From Podarcis gaigeae (lineage: Eukaryota): DNA of 64,000 bases. Under the pieces are notes generated by a model. It searched no databases. It was given only the letters and a program-made list of their open reading frames with translations, and was not told the DNA's origin. Shown piece by piece: positions 59,372 through 64,000 of this stretch (positions are counted from its first letter, which is position 1; each line of letters begins with the position of its first letter). The stretch is from the NCBI GenBank assembly GCA_964106915.2, contig OZ066926.1. One strand, given 5' to 3'. The translations under genes and the position numbers were made by a program.

Positions 59372-59554
59372 ACCTCGGAGACTCCAGAATTGATTTTCGG
59401 GATTATGAGTCTACTGTAAATTCACCACCTCTGCTGCCTTGCCCTGAGAATGAGCTGCTGTCTGCAAATACTGGGGACCCCAGGCGCTTGTTATCACACC
59501 AGTTGCTTGAAGTTAATCAAGAATTACTGCAGTCTGGAGTCATTTCTCTGTGTG
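59372..59554 (+). CDS. PLEKHG4B: PLEKHG4B-like exon (DLGDSRIDF...EVNQELLQSGVISLCG)
   Basis: Acceptor attttctccag| and donor TG|GTATGT, 183 nt, phase 1-1, no stops; ELLQSGV motif precedes the Sec14-like region. Not in the ORF track. Confidence 0.88.
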
Positions 59555-60263
59555 GTATGTACTAGATTGTAGTGAAAAGTTAATGGTGTGTAAGCATGTA
59601 CGAACTTTGCGGAGATCTCTTATGGCATGTCGGGGGGGGGGGGAGTGCTTCCCATGATCTGTCTCAGCAAAGTTGGGCTAACTGGGTAAGGGGAATGGGC
59701 AGGAGACGAGGGAAGTTCTGCAAAAAGTATTCCAGAAATGATGTGCTCCATGCAACAAAAATATAAATTGAAAAACGTAGGCCTTTTTGTCTTCAGGCAG
59801 GCAGTACTGACCAACGCCCCCCCCCCAAGGGATCCTTCTTTCAGACAGCGAATACCATCATATAAAAACGAGCTTATCTTCTCACTATCTGAAGGAAGAA
59901 TCCAGGCAACTGCTGCCTGTTTCTAAAATGTAAACCTTTTGGTTTTCAGTTTGGAAATATTTGTTGTTGTTGCAGCATAACAACTGATGTCTCTGTTAGT
60001 CAGGAGAAAGCAATGCTGTTCCTTTATGCATTTCCTAGGGCAAAGGGACACGTGTGGGAGGAGGGAGGGAAGGAGATGTCCCCCAAGTAAATGGATGAAG
60101 GTTCCCCACAAAGGAATCTGTTACACTCTGTTCCCCCTCAGCTTTTGAAAGGAGCCACTTCTACCCATGAAGGCAAAGTGATTTGGTTTGTGGGAAAGAA
60201 GACACTCAAGAGGTGTAGGACATTATTACAGTAGATTCATTTATATATATAATTTTTTCATAG

Positions 60264-60387
60264 GAAACAGGGATCGTGGTGGAAGAGCAGTTGTGCAGGT
60301 CTGCATGAGTAATAGTGCTTGGTTAAGTGAACCTCTGAGAGTCAATGAGCTCACACAACTTCTAGTGTATTTCCACAGTATTCCCAG
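60264..60387 (+). CDS. PLEKHG4B: PLEKHG4B-like exon, start of Sec14/CRAL-TRIO-like region (GNRDRGGRAVVQV...LLVYFHSIPR)
   Basis: Acceptor ttttttcatag| and donor CAG|GTAAGC, 124 nt, phase 1-2; G.RDR.GRAVVQV and YFHSIPR family motifs. Confidence 0.93.
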
Positions 60388-60457
60388 GTAAGCAGCAGCA
60401 GCAGCAGCAACTGTTCATGTTTTTGGTGTAACATTCATGCCAGTAGTGCAGAGGAGT

Positions 60458-60826
60458 TTGTTGTTGTTGTTTAGTCGTTTAGTCGTGTCCGACTCTTCGT
60501 GACCCCCTGGACCAGAGCACGCCAGGCACTCCTGTCTTCCACTGCCTCCCGCAATTTTGTCAGACTCATGTTCGTAGCTTCGAGAACACTGTCCAACCAT
60601 CTCGTCCTCTGTCGTCCCCTTCTCCTTGTGCCCTCCATCTTTCGCAACATCAGGGTCTTTTCCAGGGAGTCTTCTCTTCTCATGAGGTGGCCAAAGTATT
60701 GGAGCCTCAGCTTCAGGACCTGTCCTTCCAGTGAGCACTCAGGGCTGATTTCCTTCAGAATGGATATGTTTGATCTTCTTGCAGTCCATGGGACTCTCAA
60801 GAGTCTCCTCCAGCACACATAATTCA
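60458..60826 (-). mobile_element. RTE-BovB LINE 3' fragment
   Basis: CWRRLLRVPWTARRSN...VTKSRTRLND and (CAA)n tail; close relative of 9504-9847. Confidence 0.95.
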
Positions 60827-61317
60827 TCAAGGCCCTAGAATAATAGGTTGCTTGAAACAGAAGAACTACTAAAAACCACTGTTTATATAGGGTGTAACAG
60901 CAGCTAGATACAGCAGAGGGTAGGGCTCCTGTTCCTATGCTGTGGGTGAGAGGGGCTTCAGCAAGGATGCGAGGCTGCCCCAGCTGAAATTCATTTTTCT
61001 TTGCAGTTGTTGGAGGTACAAGAGTGTGGCCAGCCTGGTGTGAATGTTTCACACTGTAGTTATTTCATTTATTATTATTATTATTATTTATTTCTTGTAC
61101 CCCACCCATGTGACTCGGTTGCCCCAACCACTCTGAATGAGAACAATCAGGGAACATTGCAAGGATCAGTGCGGCTCTCCATGTGCTGCCTCTCAGCTAG
61201 TTCTGGCACATGTACAGATGCTTACAGGTGCACCAGTTCTTTTGGGGTGCCCCTTGAAGTTCTCTTGTATGTAGCAGGTCTTGGCACCCAGGTCTCTTGA
61301 TGCTGAAGCATCTGTAT

Positions 61318-62055
61318 AAGAACATAAGAATAGCCCGGCTGGTTCAGACCAATGGCCCATCTGGTCCGGCGTTCTCTTCTCACAGTGGCCAACTAGATGC
61401 CTATGGGAAGAACGTGAGCACAAGAGCAATCTTCTCCCACCCGCCCCACAGTTTCCAACAACTTGTTTTCGGAAGCATTGCTGCCCCCCAACTGTGGAGG
61501 TAGAGCATAGCCATTGGCAGCCCTCTCCTTCTCCATGAATTTGTCTAATCCTCTTTTAAAGTCATCCAGGTTGGTGGCTGCCACTGTCTCCTCGAGAGCA
61601 AGTTCCATAGTTTGACTATGTTCTGCTGCGTGAAGAAGTCATTTCTTTTCTCTGTCCTGAATCTCCCAACATCTGGCTTTGTTGGATATCCACGAGTTGT
61701 AGTGTTATGAGAAGGAGAAGAACTTTTCTCTATCCGCTTTATCCATGCTATGCATAGTTTTATAAACTTCCATCGTATCACGTCTTACTCACCTTATCGC
61801 TAAACTGAAAAGTCCCCAATGCTGCAAATTTCATGAGGCACTTGCTCCCTCCCCCTTAATCATTTGGGTGCCCCTTTTCTGAACCTTTTCCAACTCTACA
61901 ACTCATTTTTTTAGGTGAGGCGACCAGAATTGTACACATTATTCCAAGTTCAGTTGCATCATAGATTTCAGCATTATGATGCCAGCAGTTTTATTTTCAG
62001 TTCCTTTCCTAATAATCCCTAGCACAGAATTTGCCTTTTTCATGGCTGCTGCATG
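61318..62055 (-). mobile_element. Old CR1 3' region
   Basis: Reverse complement of the family at 48650-49370. Confidence 0.85.
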
Positions 62056-62118
62056 GTGTAAATTGCTATTTAATCTTCCTCTGTGCTCATTATGGCCACG
62101 TATTTCATTTTCATTTTA

Positions 62119-62333
62119 CAGTGGTACCTCAGGTTAAGAACTTAATTCGTTCTGGAGGTCTGTTCTTAACCTGAAACTGTTCTTAACCTGAGGTACCACT
62201 TTAGCTAATGGGGCCTCTCACTGCCGCCGCATGATTTCTGTTCCAATCTTGAAACAAAGTTCTTAATCTGAGGTGCTATTTCTGGGTTAGCGGAGTCTGT
62301 AACCTGAAACGTCTGTAACCTGAGGTACCACTG
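62119..62333 (+). mobile_element. MITE family A
   Basis: TA-CAGTGGTACCTCAGGTTA...TAACCTGAGGTACCACTG-TA. Confidence 0.93.
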
Positions 62334-62388
62334 TACTTCTAAACATTTTGTAAGTGTGGTTTAAATAACTTCCTCTTATTTCTTTCAG

Positions 62389-62482
62389 AAAGGATGCCCG
62401 TTCTTTGGGGCTACTTATTTTAGTAGATTCCCGCAAAAGTCAGAATGTAGCTGTCCTCTTCAAAGCCTTTACAGCATTACAG
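62389..62482 (+). CDS. PLEKHG4B: PLEKHG4B-like exon (KDARSLGLLILVDSRKSQNVAVLFKAFTALQ)
   Basis: Acceptor tttctttcag| and donor CAG|GTATGT, 94 nt, phase 2-0; LGL..LVD.R motif of the Sec14-like region. Confidence 0.92.
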
Positions 62483-62764
62483 GTATGTATGTATTTAGCA
62501 TCACAAACTAAAAGAAGGATATTATTATAATTATTCTAATGATTATGTGTCCATCTGGTCCAGGGACAATGAACAGTCTTTCTTCTTTTGAAGCCAGGGC
62601 ATTTTCAGGAGGCCTTTTCTGTTGATAATCCGAAATCTACTAGCTTCAGGGTATTCCGTTTATGCTACTTATAGTGATGTGGGTAAGAATGGTTGATTTA
62701 TACCCATTTGCTAGTGTTTATTCTCATTCTTTGCCCTGGAACTATAAAAGGCTAGCACTATGGA

Positions 62765-62875
62765 TTCTTCTTTAGCGATCACTCGTAGCTGAGTAAGATT
62801 GTCTTTCATAAACACGGTTTTAACAATGAGTCCGTAAGTGACGGTGGAGGCCAATTCTGGAGCCACACATCCTTC
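62765..62875 (-). mobile_element. RTE-related repeat 3' stub
   Basis: ttcttctttagcgatcactcgtagctgagtaagattgtc..., recognised as the GAA-tailed end of a squamate RTE-related repeat. Confidence 0.5.
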
Positions 62876-64000
62876 ATCCTGAAAGCATTGCATGTGACAT
62901 GTTTTCCAACATTTGTAGCCCCTTACTGAATGTCATGGGGTTTCAATAGCATTCTTCGGTTAACATACTTACAGGTTTTGGAGAAATATGTTCTGGGGAA
63001 AGCGTCTAGTAGTAGTTAATCAGGTACTTTGTGGTCTCCAAGTCATTATGTAGGTGGGGAAGCTAATTATTGTTCAGTTCACAGCAATGTAATTATCTCA
63101 CTAAGCTGACTTTAGTATTTTCTATACACCTACAATATGACAGGCATATTTCCGTGTGGAAAAGCAAGTCATCACAAGAAGTTGAATTAAATTCTGAAAG
63201 CAAGGCAGTTTGTCTTGGCACAGTGTATTAGCAAACTGTAGCCTCGGCTGAAAGTAGTTGAATAATGCTGTTATTTATTATAATCCCTTTCTTTGTAAGG
63301 ATCTGGCATTTTCCACGTTTGAATTTAATTCATAGTGCATCAAAGTTTGTATCTTCAATAATGTAAAGGGCATTTCCTAAAAAAAAGTTTTTTCTGTCCA
63401 TTTTCTTATGAAGTGGGGGTTTAACTGATGCCTTTATCTTATTATCTGCTCCCTTGCTTGAAGAAAAAATGTGTTTTGGAAACAATTCAATTTTATAATG
63501 TTCATAATTTTAGTTACACAAATTAAATACAGTTTGGCTCTCTGCAGATTCTGGTGAACTTGAAGAAGGTGGGGTGTGTAACATTGACCATACTATATTT
63601 GATTATAATGATGTGAGTGAGGACAGCAACATTTCCTAAAAGTTACAGTGGCATCCAGCATTCCTTTTTGAGTTAAAACATTGAACACTGCCCAGCCAAA
63701 GTTAAGTACTTTAATGACAGGTGTTGTTGCTCTTAGCTGCACTCCCTCTGGCTCCATCCCTGAGCCACCAGCTACCACCAGGCCTCTGCTTTAAGATTCA
63801 CCACCATATCTGAGTCTCAGGAGACCTGCCAGCCATATTTACCTTCTGCAAGTGAGGCAAAGGAGTTGTTTATGCCAGTTTCAGGTTTTGGGGGCCCTTG
63901 CTCATTTCCCTAGGTCACACTCCTCCTCCTCCTCCTCCTCCTTGCTGTTACCCAGTCCCACACCACTTCCAGAGAGAGAGAGGGGACAAGATGTGCAGAT

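Noticed and set aside
63540-63575. Next PLEKHG4B exon after ctctctgcag
   Set aside because: Translation (ILVNLKK) does not resemble the expected continuation (IHSILLLVDKE-like); the next exon is probably beyond the window.

Overview
Vertebrate genomic DNA, most likely a lacertid lizard (inferred from Sauria SINEs, BovB and squamate CR1/L2 repeats). The + strand carries the 5' part of a PLEKHG4B-like RhoGEF gene: a candidate first coding exon (26502-26558) and five internal exons (43760-43957, 53125-54445, 59372-59554, 60264-60387, 62389-62482). These join in phase and encode the conserved N-terminal block and the start of the Sec14-like region; the DH-PH exons lie beyond the window. The introns are dense with transposons: CR1, L2, RTE/BovB, Sauria SINEs, three pogo/Tigger-like MITE families sharing CAGTGGTACCT ends, hAT MITEs and a solo LTR. 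The best candidate for something undescribed is a family present as two full-length, diverged copies (10721-12678 and 30332-32044) of a ~1.7-2.0 kb poly(A) retroelement with no reverse transcriptase. Each copy has a 17-21 bp TSD, a hairpin-chain 5' leader with compensatory base changes, a conserved TGACAGCTGTCA palindrome and a decayed coiled-coil ORF (HAL1-like architecture). The solo LTR (39122-39946) is filled by an open frame with an Arg-rich motif. All family assignments are from recognition only; no searches were run.
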